A stretch of DNA of 53,538 nt, filler included, from Bipalium vagum (lineage: Eukaryota), in NCBI GenBank assembly GCA_037834085.1. It is 3 parts of 3 records of this genome, joined end to end, with 100 filler letters (N's around TTAATTAATTAA, not from the genome) between each part and the next. Parts side by side here need not be neighbours in the genome. Positions count along the whole stretch, not along the records: positions 36,076 to 53,538 come from JBBMKC010064354.1; 2 more parts are not named here. One strand, given 5' to 3'. Positions 37,800-50,190 of this stretch are shown piece by piece (position 1 is the first letter of the stretch; every line of letters starts with the position of its first letter). Both the position numbers and the translations under genes were made by a program. A model generated the notes under the pieces. The model had not been told where the DNA came from and did no database searches. It saw only the letters and a program-made list of their open reading frames with translations.

Positions 37800-38560
37800 C
37801 TGGGGGTTCTGAGAAGAAATGTGTATAGACAGGGTTGGAAAGCTACAATTACTGACCAAATAATTAATCATATTAAATATTGACATAGAAAATTGGACAT
37901 AGTTGTTGTAAGTAGGATAACTAATAACAGATTACAACGAATCCACTTTGTGCGTCGAAGAGGAATTGTTGAAATTAAATGATATTTTAATATATAAATT
38001 CCATTATGTAGATTTGGAAATAAAACGTTTTTTGATTTGTTTAATATAATTGGTTAAACATCTTTTTATATTTAAAGATATTATGAAACTGTGTTGGACA
38101 TTCGTTACTTAAAGATCAAACCACAAGCTCGAAGATAACTTAGATTAATAAGTTAATCAATCTTCTTTTACAAGGTATCCTTTTCCACAAGAGAAAGAGG
38201 CATTTATAACGACCCCAACCAAAATGGTTAAGGAATTCGATTATATAATGATTTTAAAGGAAAAAGAAACTCATTTCAATTATTTTTAATGGAAAAAGTA
38301 CAGTTGTAGTAAAATATGTCAGACTGATTTCTCGAAAATAATCTGAGGACCACTTCAAAATAGAGGGGGAAACAAAACATTCTGCTCTCTTATATTCGGA
38401 GACCCGTCTGAGCACTTTGCCTCGTGCTATGCGCTCCTCAGTGCCCGTGACATTAATGTCCGAAATCTGCCTTTGACATTTGAGCTGAAAATGGTCAAAT
38501 GGCTTTTATCATTGTCTCTATTATTCTTCCAGTTTATTTTATTTATTAAAACAAATTACA
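37800..38560. mobile_element. Decayed LINE (RTE-like) fragments in both orientations
   Basis: Plus strand ~38090-38240 has VGHSL..RP..KW (RTE C-terminus-like); minus strand ~38340-38400 has a degenerate RQG..SP.LF. Confidence 0.35.
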
Positions 38561-38859
38561 ATTAAATCGTCTTATCTTGTCTCCTATTCTGGAATCCAGA
38601 GCGTATAAAAGGAAAATGATTAGATTTTAAAATGTTATATTGTTAAATATACTTGAGATAACACCGTTAAGTTTTGACATACATTTATTAAAAATCAATA
38701 TTTTTAATCAGAAAATCAATTAACACTGATACAAAATTTAAAATTGAAAATAAAAAGAAGTCATGTTCGTTTTACATAGTTTTGGTGATATTTTCGCTGC
38801 TTTTTATTCTATTGCAACTGTCAGATCTTTTGTCTTCTTTGGTTTTATTGTATAGACCT

Positions 38860-39281
38860 TTGTTTTATTAATCTCTAAAGATAGAAAATCATTGGGTGTA
38901 TTCGCAGCTCAAAGTAATGGTCCTGCTCTCTCAATCAGTCCTCTGTAAAATGTGCTGTTAATTTCTATCTTCAGCCGAGCTCCATTCTATTGAAAACTTA
39001 ATTATGATCTTGTTCTCTTCACTCAGTTGTGGCATGAAGAAGACTATAGTATCTCTAAATAGTTTGAGCCAATAACATTTTCATAAAAGAAAAAGGTACC
39101 ATAAACATGCAATATGGACATTTTTTCAATGTCAATATCTTAATATGATTATATTGTTTTATTAAAATAATTACACGAACACATAAAATTTCATTTATTA
39201 AAAAAATTGGTTCCAAAATATTTAAAAGTGAATGTTTGGTGCTATTTTATTAAGTGATACTTATTTATAACACACCCTGTA
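38860..39281 (-). mobile_element. Tc1/mariner relic (DD37D/DD41D-type)
   Basis: GTFFFYENVIGSNYLEIL..PQL..FQ*NGA..; TIR TACAGGGTGTGTTATAAATAAGT. Confidence 0.7.
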
Positions 39282-39380
39282 CAATTAACGGTTATCATTT
39301 TTATTAAAAAATTTAATTATGAAAGTTTCTTATTTATTTCCAATTGCAAACTAAGTCATTAATTTTGGAAATGGATTTCC

Positions 39381-39394
39381 GTTTCCATGACAAC
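39381..39394. promoter_or_regulatory. RFX X-box match GTTTCCATGACAAC
   Basis: Fits the GTT..C AT R.YAAC consensus and lies at the start of a non-repeat island. Confidence 0.4.
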
Positions 39395-39831
39395 AGTTCT
39401 TATCTGAAATTCCAAGATAGGCTTTATGATTAATGGAATATATCGCAACCCCACAAATATATATCACGGCCAGCATCGTTTCCGAAATCGGACTTCTTCA
39501 CACGACCCTGAAACCTTTGGAAAGACATCCATCATTTTCAAGCGGAATTATCCATCTTCATTTGGCTTTGCCGGTGAAGCATAAATTTTGCTCAGACAGA
39601 ATCAATAGGGGAGTGGAAATTATCGCTCCCAGACTTGGGAAAACAATTTGTAAAAGGCAATTATTTCCCAATTTTTCGTTCATGGAACATTTCCAATTTT
39701 CTGTCAATCAATGACTTTCCTAAGCGAAATCCATTAAAAATTTATGAAATCATTTGACGAAATTCGAGGTTTATCAAAAGTTAATTAATTTATTCTGATT
39801 AATCTTAATTAATTTTCAACCATCTCAGAAA

Positions 39832-39857
39832 AGAGAGAGAGAGAGAGAGAGAGAGAG
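39832..39857 (+). repeat. (AG)13 microsatellite
   Basis: Perfect dinucleotide run. Confidence 0.95.
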
Positions 39858-39989
39858 GGAAAGATGGAGAAATTGATTCTAAATGGGCTCTGTGAAATAA
39901 TTGCAATTAAATTATTATTATCACAATTAATATAAATATAAAATAAATAATTGGGAGAATTAAAAGTGACATTCACTGTCACCTTTCAG

Positions 39990-40450
39990 GAGAAATCTCA
40001 AAATCTTACAATTGTTTTAATTATTTCTTTTTTAATTTGGTCGGTCACAACGTGCTTCGTTTTGAACGGAAAAATTACTTCTTCGAAATGTTTTGAATTC
40101 GAAATGTTTGCGTCTTGCCAATGATAGAAATAACTTATAATGCGATGGAACAATATCAGAATTATATAGTGGATGTGGTAAAATATCCCAACCAAGCTTC
40201 AATAATTTTTCTGGGTGGCCAAAGATGTGTGTGACCTTGAATGATGGTGGAATACTCTACCTTTCAATTTGCCAACTCTGGCAGTGCATCATTCAAATTT
40301 GTTAATCGTTCACAAATAATATTAGAGTTAATCGTTACATTTCTTGCTTCAACAAAAAAATATAATTCTTCAAAATTTTTTGAACCATTGAACCATCGTT
40401 TTGTTTTGTTATGTCTTTTTCGTAAACAAAATATATTCTTTGATGTGCAT
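39990..40450 (-). mobile_element. mariner relic
   Basis: PELAN.KG.VFHH..RSHTSLAT..KLLKLGWDILPHPLYNSDIVPS.Y.LF. Confidence 0.85.
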
Positions 40451-41059
40451 TTTACGGTGTTTTCCTTTTATTGTATTAATATAAGAAAAATGATAGATTC
40501 AAAGAAGACTATTATGAACAACATTATTACAAGAAGATTATTTCAAAGAATGTATATTTGTCGATAGTCTTAAAATGCCTCTAACTGACAACCCATTCTC
40601 ACTTCCGGGTAAGGATTTCTTACTTTTTTATCTGTAAATCTATTGACTTTTTTCTATTCATATTTTTAACTATTGTTACTGAAGCATTTGTTTGACTTAA
40701 CTCATTTATTTAACTGTCTATTCATTTTTTGTTATTGATTTATGTCAGTCTAAATTTTAATGTTTGACATTAGTTAAGAGTTATAGTTAATCTATTTGAT
40801 ATCAAATAACAGAAACTAGTCTTTGTGCAACATTTGATATTTCTGTTAACCCTTTTGCTATTGTCAATAAAGTTGTATTGTTGAACTGATTATTTTTCTT
40901 TTATCATTAACACCAAACATTAGTTGGGAGAAAAATAACAGCTTAAGAACTAAAATTCCTACTACTAGCTTTTAATAATTACCAAAATCAATTTAATCAA
41001 TTTGTTACTTATTTATTGTTTTTTCATTACAGGTGATTTTATTTTGATTATTAGTTTGT

Positions 41060-41340
41060 TTCAATAGTGGCTTTGAGAACGGAAATTGGTACCCATTTAG
41101 TCTTCAAATCGGAAGTAATTGCCTCTCGTAAAAGATTACGCTGTAGGAGGACACGATGTCGATTAGTGAAACGGAAGTCACTCAAGCCAGCCTGCTTATC
41201 TCAGTCGGGATGGCATCGTGCAATGTTATTATAACGTTTTGATATGAACCCCTCATAATTTTCTTGATTATCTTTCCAAAAACGTTTTTGCTGTAACACT
41301 TGATGCCAACCAAAGTAGACAAGGGAACCTTAAATCAGTG
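41060..41340 (-). mobile_element. RTE-type reverse transcriptase fragment
   Basis: RLRDKQAGL..R.S..D resembles the RTE motif LRDQQAGFR..RS..DQI, preceded by a K...II segment. Confidence 0.55.
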
Positions 41341-41989
41341 ACTGAATCTTGATATTTCGTACTTTTAATTATTTAGAAAAAAAATTTATAATGTAATATA
41401 CTCATATTATTTATTATTTTCAAATATTATTATCAAATTTAAAAAAATTTTATTAATTATTATTAATAAATTTATAAGTTTTTTATTAATTAAATTTATT
41501 ATTAATATTAATAATATTATTATTATTATGCTCATTTATATTTTATTATTCTTATTATTATTATTTATAATAAATGAATCAGAAATTTTTTTCATAATAT
41601 TAATATTACCCTCAGTTTTTCATAATTAAAATTAATTGAAATTAATTCAACCATTCCCTCCCACTTTTATTTTTCAAATATTTTTATTTTATTTGTTTAC
41701 ATTCATTCTTTTATCTAAATTAATTTATAAAGGTGTAAAAAGTAATTAAAAATCACAAAAATGCAATTAAAAATTGCAAAAAATAATTAAAATTTCAATT
41801 TTCGATTGGAAAAAATTAAATCGCTATTACAAATTAAAAACAATTTTTTTGTTTTATTGAATAAAAATTTGGGGACAGCCTTGTTTAAATTCACGAAAAA
41901 TATTGATTAATAAAAGATATTTTGGTGTGTTATCACAAGCTGTTTCGTCAATTTAACTACCTTTACAAGCTTCAGTTGTGTTTTCTGAA

Positions 41990-42300
41990 CCTTTAAAGAG
42001 AATATAACATTTCTGTAATTGGCAGCTAAACATCTGTTGATAAACTTCTCTTGCTTTTATGTTGATCAACTAACAGCATTGCCTTTAAAGCCCTGTCATC
42101 AACCAAGAATTGCCAGTCGGATCAAGGTCAGGCATTATTGAAATGAGTCTCTTGCTGAAGCGCTTTCACCAATTAGACGTTGTCCGTCTATTAATCCCTT
42201 AATTACCTTCTACCGAACAATTATCTTAAGATACAGTCGTGGAACTAATACCCACTTGCCATAGGTAACTTATAATGATTCGAATTGCTTATTCGTCACT
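41990..42300 (-). mobile_element. Scrambled mariner fragments
   Basis: GKWV, a HDNARP-like NNA*P, WQFL and DDRALKAML..D pieces. Confidence 0.45.
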
Positions 42301-42674
42301 GATAATATAGAAAAAAATCAAACCAAAATTAAATAAAATCTTAATTATAAATGAAATTAAATTCTCCAATAAAAATCCTTTAAATTGATATATTCAAATG
42401 TGTTTATTTATTGATTATCTATTTGAAATATTTAAACTAAGTTGCAGTTACCTCCATGGAAAAAGCCTATTTATGCACCACAGTATTACAACCAAAGTTT
42501 AACGGTGAAAGTTAATGTATTAATTGATAACTTTAAATTAGAAATGTTAAAAAAAATAAACAATTTTGTATGAATATCGAATTTATCCATAAATTGTTAT
42601 TCGTTACAACGTTATTTGTATAAACGGATGTAGACGAAAAACTTGATCTGACTGCGACGTGAAGGTAAGGTAAG

Positions 42675-43664
42675 TCAGGTAAGTTAGAAAGTAACTTCGT
42701 TTTTATCACAAAATTTTATTTTACAAATTTTTATATTCATCATAAATCAATCACATAATTGCCTGCCACTTGTCAACCAAGCATTTCATTCCTTTTTCAA
42801 AGAACGAGAAAGATTTAGAGTCAATAAATGGTTGGATATCCTTTTTGATTTGATCTTCTTTTTGAAATCGTTTTCCAGACAAGAAGTGCTGCTTTTTGAT
42901 TCGAGCAATTCCCAACAGATTACCTCACGACAATCCCACCAAATGCAAGGCATAGCTTTTTTAGGATGAAGACCTGGCTTGGTGTTGGAATCGGGGTTTC
43001 ACCTGGAAATAACTAATTCTTTTGTCTTTTGGAATTGTGGTACTGAATCCACTTTTCGTCCCCCGTGACAATTCGTTGAAGAAACGGATCACTGTTGATC
43101 TTCAGAATCAGTGGTTGATAAACAGATATTCTACCAGCTTTATTTTTTTCGGTCAATTCATGGGGTACTTTGACACCTGCCTTATATGACTTTCCAATCA
43201 TATGTAAGTGGGTCTTAATTGTAGTAGGATTACAGCTGAGGGTTTTTGACATCTGTTCAGTCGTTAATAGAAGATAGTTACTGATGAGTTCTTCCAATCC
43301 TGCGTCGTCAGTCGTTGGTGGACGTCCACTTCTTTCATGGTCATTGAGGTTGAAGCCACCATGGCTTCTTTATTTATATCATTAAATAAATTGATAATAA
43401 ATTGTTATTATCGGCAGCTAGTGTGGCTGTAGATCCACGGAGATATTCGTACAGGAGCCAATTTCGGACATTTTGCTTAGTCGGGAAAAATGTGGCCACT
43501 GAATTATAAAAATTATAATCTAAAAATAAATATGATTTCTTATAATTCAAATATTGCGCTGCAAATATTTCTATATCAATATTATTAAAACAACAAAAAA
43601 ATGTCAATATTTAGCAATTAATTTTAAAAATTAGAAAAACGAGGTTACTTTCTGACTCACCTAA
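42675..43664 (-). mobile_element. mariner element with both TIRs, internally deleted (~990 bp)
   Basis: Left TCAGGTAAGTTAGAAAGTAACTTCGTTTTT vs right reverse complement TTAGGTGAGTCAGAAAGTAACCTCGTTTTT; VPHELTE..FLQRIVTGDEKWI.Y.N.KR. Confidence 0.95.
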
Positions 43665-43849
43665 TATTTTCATCACCAATATTTTCCAATATTGCAAAAT
43701 ATTCTTCAAGACACACTATAAATCAATCATTCGTTAAATAATTAAAAAATTTGAATCACGAATCAAACTACTCAGTAAATGTATGTAAACTTTTACCAAA
43801 CCCAGGAAAAAGGAAAAAATTATGTTGAATCATTTTATTGCAGGAGTAG

Positions 43850-44460
43850 GTTCCAAAGGGTAGTTCCCAATATATGATATTATCTGACGCGCTGAGATTG
43901 GTCAAATCCATGAATTGACACGAAAACATAGATTATGAAAAATAAAAAGTCAAGCAGATAGCGGGCATGTTTGATAGCAGAGATAGAATGTCCTGTAGGG
44001 TTTTCCATAGGTCAATTCATAATTTTAACAATTTGTAAATATTATAAAAACAAAGAGTGACAATCACTTAATATTAATCACAACTTATGTTGTCAAAAAT
44101 TGTGTTCAAAATTTTGTCCATTTCGGTTCTGCATAACATGAAACGAGAAATGCAGCTTTTCATTACTCTACTCAGCATTTATTTGCTTATCTCAAGGTAG
44201 GCCTCAACAATTCTTTTCTTCAATTCATCAATGATCGATATATGGTTACGATAGACAATTTTCTTTAGAAAAAATCCAGTGGAATGAGATCCTGACTCCT
44301 GTGAGCCCAGCTAATTGAACCACCGAGCCAAATGAATCTTTGACGAAATATTTAATTGAGAAATTGACGGACTGCCATATTCCAACGTGGAGTTGAGCCA
44401 TGCTGTTGGAAAATGATTTTTTCTCGGAATTCCATGGCTTTTAAGGATAGGAACAAAATA
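43850..44460 (-). mobile_element. Tc1/mariner relic (DD41D/rosa-like) 3' half
   Basis: IIFQQHGSTPRW..AVRQFLN..F..RFIWLGGSISWAHRSQDLIPLDFF, resembling FQQDGAPPH..WP.RSPDL.PLDFF. Confidence 0.85.
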
Positions 44461-44701
44461 ATTTTAATTTATTATTCTTATAATTTTTAAATTTTAAAAC
44501 TTAGTTTTAATAATATCTACAAATAAGAAATAAATGAATAAAATAAAAAAAATAATAAAAATATTATTTGAAGATTTAAATTTAGAAAATATTATCTTTG
44601 AATTTTTTGTTTTAATTAACATATCAATTGTCATAAAAAATTACTTTATCTTTAAACAGAAATTAAATGAATCCTTTAATTTACTCTTTACTACAAATAT
44701 C

Positions 44702-44715
44702 GTTACCATGGTAAC
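44702..44715. promoter_or_regulatory. Perfect palindromic RFX X-box GTTACCATGGTAAC
   Basis: 14-bp perfect palindrome matching the canonical GTTNCCATGGNAAC consensus. Confidence 0.55.
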
Positions 44716-45229
44716 AAGTGTAAATAATTATTTTATTTATTTTTTCATTATTATGGCCTTTTATTACGACCATGAAAGCAACATAGTCAAAACAAAGGGC
44801 AACTGTTAGAAAAGATCGGAAATATTTTAGTATTAATTCGGTCGTTTGCTCCTGAGGGCCTGAAGGGGTTAGAGTAAGAATTATCTTCAGATAATCTCCC
44901 GAGAATAATTAAAGGATGATAACGATTTTTGTGAGATCAATTCCTGTGAAACGGAAGCCCAAGACACCCAAGAAGCTTAATTTCTGTTCCTTTGAAACTG
45001 ATAATTAAGGAACATTTTGCATTGTAAAATAATTGATCGGTTGATAATTAAAATCCGGAATACGGAATTCCTATGAAGATTAAAACTCACAGAAATCAAT
45101 GAAAGTGAATCAAAACATTGCCAACTGCAGGACTTTTATATCTCAAAAGAGAGCAGCTCTGATGTTTTCCATTTGTTTATTCATTTATTTTTTGTAGCTT
45201 TAATATTTTATACTTTTAATCTTGATTGT

Positions 45230-45790
45230 TCCATCATTTACGCACAGGCTCCTTTTATTTCCACAGTATGTAGACAGGTCTGGACAGATTTCCATTCCCA
45301 AATTTCTGGAGTTGGTGTAGAATTGTTGAATGATTGATTCCTAGCTTTTATCAAGCTCCCAAGCAGTTAGACTTGAACAAAGATTTTGATTCATCATTGT
45401 CAACGGTCAAGGACATCCATGATCTGTATCACTTTTGGGGTTTCATTCTCCATTCCTTAATGTTTTGAATCAGTTTTACGAGTGTTTACTTTTGATGAAA
45501 CCATACTGAATGCTTCTTTGATTTTACCATTGTTCTCTGTAACATTATTTCCCAATTTGAAATTGGTACACTGTTATTGTTTGTAATTGGCCGTTTTCTA
45601 ACATGAATTCAACAAATAATATGAGTTAGAAAAAAGTCATGATTGTAGACCTATGAGAATGTGAAACAATTTCTGCGCTTTCAAATGGTAAATAAATTAA
45701 TGCATTCAAACAAACATATTTTCAAAAAACTTTTCTCAAATTTGAAAATATAAAAAACACATTTATGTTCCTACCAACCAAACATTTAGT
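45230..45790 (-). mobile_element. mariner 5' relic, same family as 26704-27900
   Basis: Shared leader CGCTTTCAAATGGTA.ATAAATTAATG..TTCAAACAAA at 45676 and 27821; HGCP..VDND-type linker. Confidence 0.75.
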
Positions 45791-47099
45791 CCCCGGTATG
45801 AAACGTTCTTAAAAGCTCAAGTCCCTTAATCGTCAAGTCATGAAACGAACTAAAATGAAGTAGCATAAAGTGTTGGTGCTCAGATTTTTTAAAATTTTTA
45901 ATTCTTTAATCAATAATTCTCGCTATCACTCGCCAAATATATCTAAAAATGAAACAATGGGTAAAGTTGTATTTTTGGGTCCTGCCCCAAAGGCTGTTAT
46001 TACCTAATACTTATTTCATCATCTCTTTCAAATTTTTCCTTCTATGGCATAGAAAATTTTACAGTTTCAATTGTATTTTATTAAATCAAAAACATAAATA
46101 TTTAATGAGTCTCAATACGATTCGTTAATTGTTGGAACCTTTAAGTAAGCGATGGTGATATTCCCATCAGTTCTCAACGTCATTTCGGAAATAATTTGAG
46201 TAAAGGTTCGAGTAATTGATTTATTTGGGCTTTCAATTTCTGCCGGCCCGGAGTTGTAATTAAATGAACCAAGTAAAGCTTAAAGCGAAGAAATATGGCT
46301 CGGACAGGCCTGACAAAGCTCTTTCAATCGACTCATTCGGGAATTTAATATTATTATTAAAGCAAGATTTCAGTGGTCCCGTCTAATATTAAGATTACTT
46401 CAATATCTAACATCGATCATCCGATCTTTTGATAAAAGACCCTTTTTCAATGAAAAGAAGGCAGCTCCATAATTGGATATAGAAATAAATATTTAATCCT
46501 CCTTAAATAGGAAAAAAATAAATAATGTCGAAAAGGAAGTCAATGTAGAAAAGGAGAGTTTTCAATATGTTCACCTATAGAACTCGATTACCGGTCACTT
46601 ATTAGTGGATTAAATCAAGTCTTTTATCTTCAAAGGGTAATCGAAAACCAAAAGAGAAGAACAGAAATTATATTCCAAAGAAATAAACAAATTCTCAACA
46701 TTGAAAGGAAATCATCTTTCATTGACATCCGTGATGAGGTACAACAAGATTTGTTTGTTTGAATTTGGCTCTCATTAAACATATAATAATAGTCAAGGAA
46801 TCCTTTGGTTGCTTTAAATTAAGAAAAACGAGTCTCGTACGTCTTATTTCCATCAAGACAGAACAACTGAAATCTGTGTAGACTTCCTTCAATTAAAAAC
46901 ACGTCTCATTCATCTTAAGACTAATATGGGCTTAATTTGAAACATCTCTCGGTGTATAAGAAAGGGGTTTCGAAAAGATAAATAAATAAATAAAGATAGG
47001 TGATCGAATGTTTTCATTTCAAGTGATGTAATGGTTACCAGTCATTTTTTAATTTTTTAAAATATATCATTGATTTTTTCATTGCGGTTAGAAACATAT

Positions 47100-47590
47100 C
47101 ATATCGCTTATTTGTATAAATGCTACAGTCACATCGCCATCGAAATTTCAATTTTGTTAAGACATTTTGGAAGGAATGAAAATTCAGTCTTAAAAAATTT
47201 CATTCAATCTTTCAACGTCTGGTTCGTTGTTTGGTTGATCAACCAAATTACATTCTTTCATTTGGAGAAGAGACATTCAATAGGATATAAGAAGTGGGAA
47301 TAAAATAGAAGAAACATTACCATCTGATTTGAGTCTTCAAATCTCCATTTTACCTTTTTTATTATTGAATCAGGGAAGACCGATTAGAATTGTCAATCGA
47401 AAATATGTTGAGTTCCTTCACGATAATGCACGACCGCACACATCTTTGGCCAATGGGCAACAATTACAAAATCGTTGCGTCATCCAGCAAACATTACTGA
47501 TACACTTTTGCAACTTTTACCTGTTCTATTTTTATTAATAATTTTAACAGGTCCTTAATGTTACATTAAAACAAAATTTTCCAACCAGCG
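47100..47590 (+). mobile_element. mariner relic
   Basis: VNRKYVEFLHDNARPHTSLA. Confidence 0.75.
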
Positions 47591-48049
47591 TTAATCATTG
47601 AAAAATAATAATTGTGATTTTGTGTGAAAATCGAAAAATAGTTCATTGAAACCAGCAGTAAATGTTATTATTATTTATATATCTTTAATATTTATCAGAT
47701 AAAAGCATTTCCCCTGAATCCCAGCACACTGAATAATTATGTTGAAAAGCATTCAGTTTCACCATCGATTCCCAAAGTAATCCGTCGTAAGTGAAGTCAG
47801 AATTACCGGGAACGAATTCGATAATTAGCCCCCTTTGATCTGTTGGGAATGTTGGATATTTCTTCATTCCCACCCTCGCCTGTTCACAATGTAAATGTAG
47901 ACTTTATTATCATTTTTATTTATTTGAAAAATTTATTAATTTTATTCGCAAAATTATTTTATTAATTATTTCGGGTTTTTATTTTCTAATTTAATTGAGA
48001 AATGATTCGGAGTCTGTGTCTCAAATATTATCATATTAATAAAAATATA

Positions 48050-48303
48050 TAGATGGTAATAATTCCAATAATAATAAATTAATAATAATAATAAAACATA
48101 ATAATAATGGTAAGAATAATAATAATAATAATAAAATAGTAAAAATAAATAATATTAATAATAAATTTTAATTATAATAATAAAATATAATAAAAATAAT
48201 AAATAATAATAAAATAAATAATAATAAATTATAATAATAATAAAAAATTGAAATAAAAATTTTAATGGTAATAATAATAAAAAATATAATAATAATAATA
48301 AAA
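48050..48303. repeat. Degenerate (AAT)n low-complexity tract, resuming at 49104-49270
   Basis: AAT/AAAAT repeats on both sides of the Tigger-like insertion. Confidence 0.85.
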
Positions 48304-48305
48304 TA

Positions 48306-49103
48306 CAGCAGATACCGCTTTAGGAGAATATTTTTGGGACCAGAATAAATGTTTTCCGTAATCAATATTTCTCTTTAACAGATACTTTTTATAAGGATAA
48401 TTTTTAAAGAAATATAAAAAAAAACTTTACTAATGAACGCATTTATTTTTTAAAAATAAACTCAGTTATTTTTCGATGCTTGGTTTTTCTCTTGAGTAAA
48501 ATCTTCTCCAAATCTGATTCAATTGCTATTAAACTTTCTTGTAAATGGTCAGTTTTATCCTGATTTGAATAAAAAAGAACTACTTGTTGCATGCACTCAA
48601 ATGCTTTATGAATGTTGGGAAGCTTAACACATTGACTGTTATGTGACGTATCAGATAGTGACAAATGTTCATTACTAATGTCCTGTTCATTACTAAATTC
48701 GTTACTAAATTTTCTTCAGCATTAACAAAATCAGTAAACGAGTGTTGCTTCAAATTTCTGTTTGAGTGTTAGAATTGTTCTGGAACCTGATTTCATTATG
48801 GCCTAAAAATTTTAAATAAAATAATCTTTTCAATTAATCAAATAACCTTTAATCAGGTTAATTTTTAATCAATTACCTTTTTAAAACAAAAATAATTAAA
48901 TTATATGTTTACTGTCTAAAATAAACTATATTTTTAAAAAAATAAAAAAAATTTTATTTTAATAAAACTTGTTCTTTACCGATAATCGGGTAAAAAGAAC
49001 TTTTACACTGAAAATTTTGAGAAAATGCCATTTTTGAAGAAAAACGTTCTCTTTACCCGATTTTGTTCTCGTTAAGCAAGTTCTCTATTAGCGAATTCTA
49101 CTG
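48306..49103 (-). mobile_element. Tigger/pogo-like deletion derivative with TIRs and TA target duplication
   Basis: TA-CAGCAGATACCGCT..GAGAA ... TTCTCTATTAGCGAATTCTACTG-TA; retains the transposase C-terminus (..KTKHRKITEFIFKK*). Confidence 0.8.
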
Positions 49104-49499
49104 TAATAAAATAAAAATAAAAAATAAAATAAAAATACTAAATAATAATGAAATATTAAAATATTTATTGATAATAATAATAAAATAAAAGTAAATAATA
49201 ATAATAAAAATACTAAATAATAATAAAATAAAATAATTAAAATGGTAATAACAGTAATAATAATTAATTTAATTGCACTTGATCATTGAACTGTGACATT
49301 TCTTTTTCGATTATTTCCAGAAATTATTTCTGCAAGAAATTTAATTTACCTTTATATTTGTTGACTCCAAAAATTAATTTTTTAATTAAAATTAAAACAA
49401 ATATAATTAAAAATAATTGGTTATCATTGTAATTTATTATTAATTAATTTTATTATAATTATTCTGAATACTTTTTCTAATTATATTCCCCATTGTTTA

Positions 49500-50190
49500 G
49501 ACGGAGAAGGTACTTCATTTTCTCATTAAATTGATTGCTGGATCGTCAGGCTGAGAACACACGAATGTCGCATCCAGCGTCAATCAAACTGAGGGATTTC
49601 ACGTTGTTTAAATCAAGCCTTATTTTGCCCACGTCTTTCACTTTATACATCAGAGTTACATTATCAGCGTTTGTAATAAATCGTGTTATTGTGAAAAGAG
49701 ACTCGTCAATATCCCCATGCTTGCTTCGCGAATTCAAAACGTTCAACAAATATTGGTGGTTTCTCCATCTCTGTTTTCTTTTAGATTATGGTCTCAAAAA
49801 TAGATTGAGATTACTCTTTAGTGTTTGATAGATGCTTCTTGGATTATGGAACGTGTAATACGAATAAGACTTAGCAAAGAGTCCTTGGTACGCATAATAA
49901 TTAAATGTTGTACATTGGTCTTATCAGATCACAAGAAATTCTTATCAATTATTTTAAGGCGATTTTAAAAGATTTGGTGAGGTAAGTACGAAATTAGAGA
50001 TAACTTGTTTCAAATAAACAATGGTTGACACGTGACCTCATTGACAAGGAAGTCTTAAAGAACGGTATCGACAGGATTGGTTGGATAAATTTAGTAACAT
50101 TGATTTTTCTGGTGGAAGATGAGTCAAAGATTGCTGGGGAAAATTGCAGTGATATATACATGTTATAGCTGGCACAATTTATGTTCCGTT
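49500..50190 (-). mobile_element. Decayed non-LTR reverse transcriptase fragment
   Basis: NADNVTL (YADD-like) followed by IRLDLNNVKS (GL.LN..K-like); upstream QPILSI..FK (RPI.L-like). Confidence 0.5.

Noticed and set aside
41060-41230. Three ETS-like CGGAA motifs suggesting an enhancer or structured RNA
   Set aside because: Better explained as an RTE reverse-transcriptase fragment on the minus strand.
44534-48365. I/F/N/Y-rich ORFs at 44534-44809 and 48168-48365
   Set aside because: Products of AT-rich low-complexity sequence.
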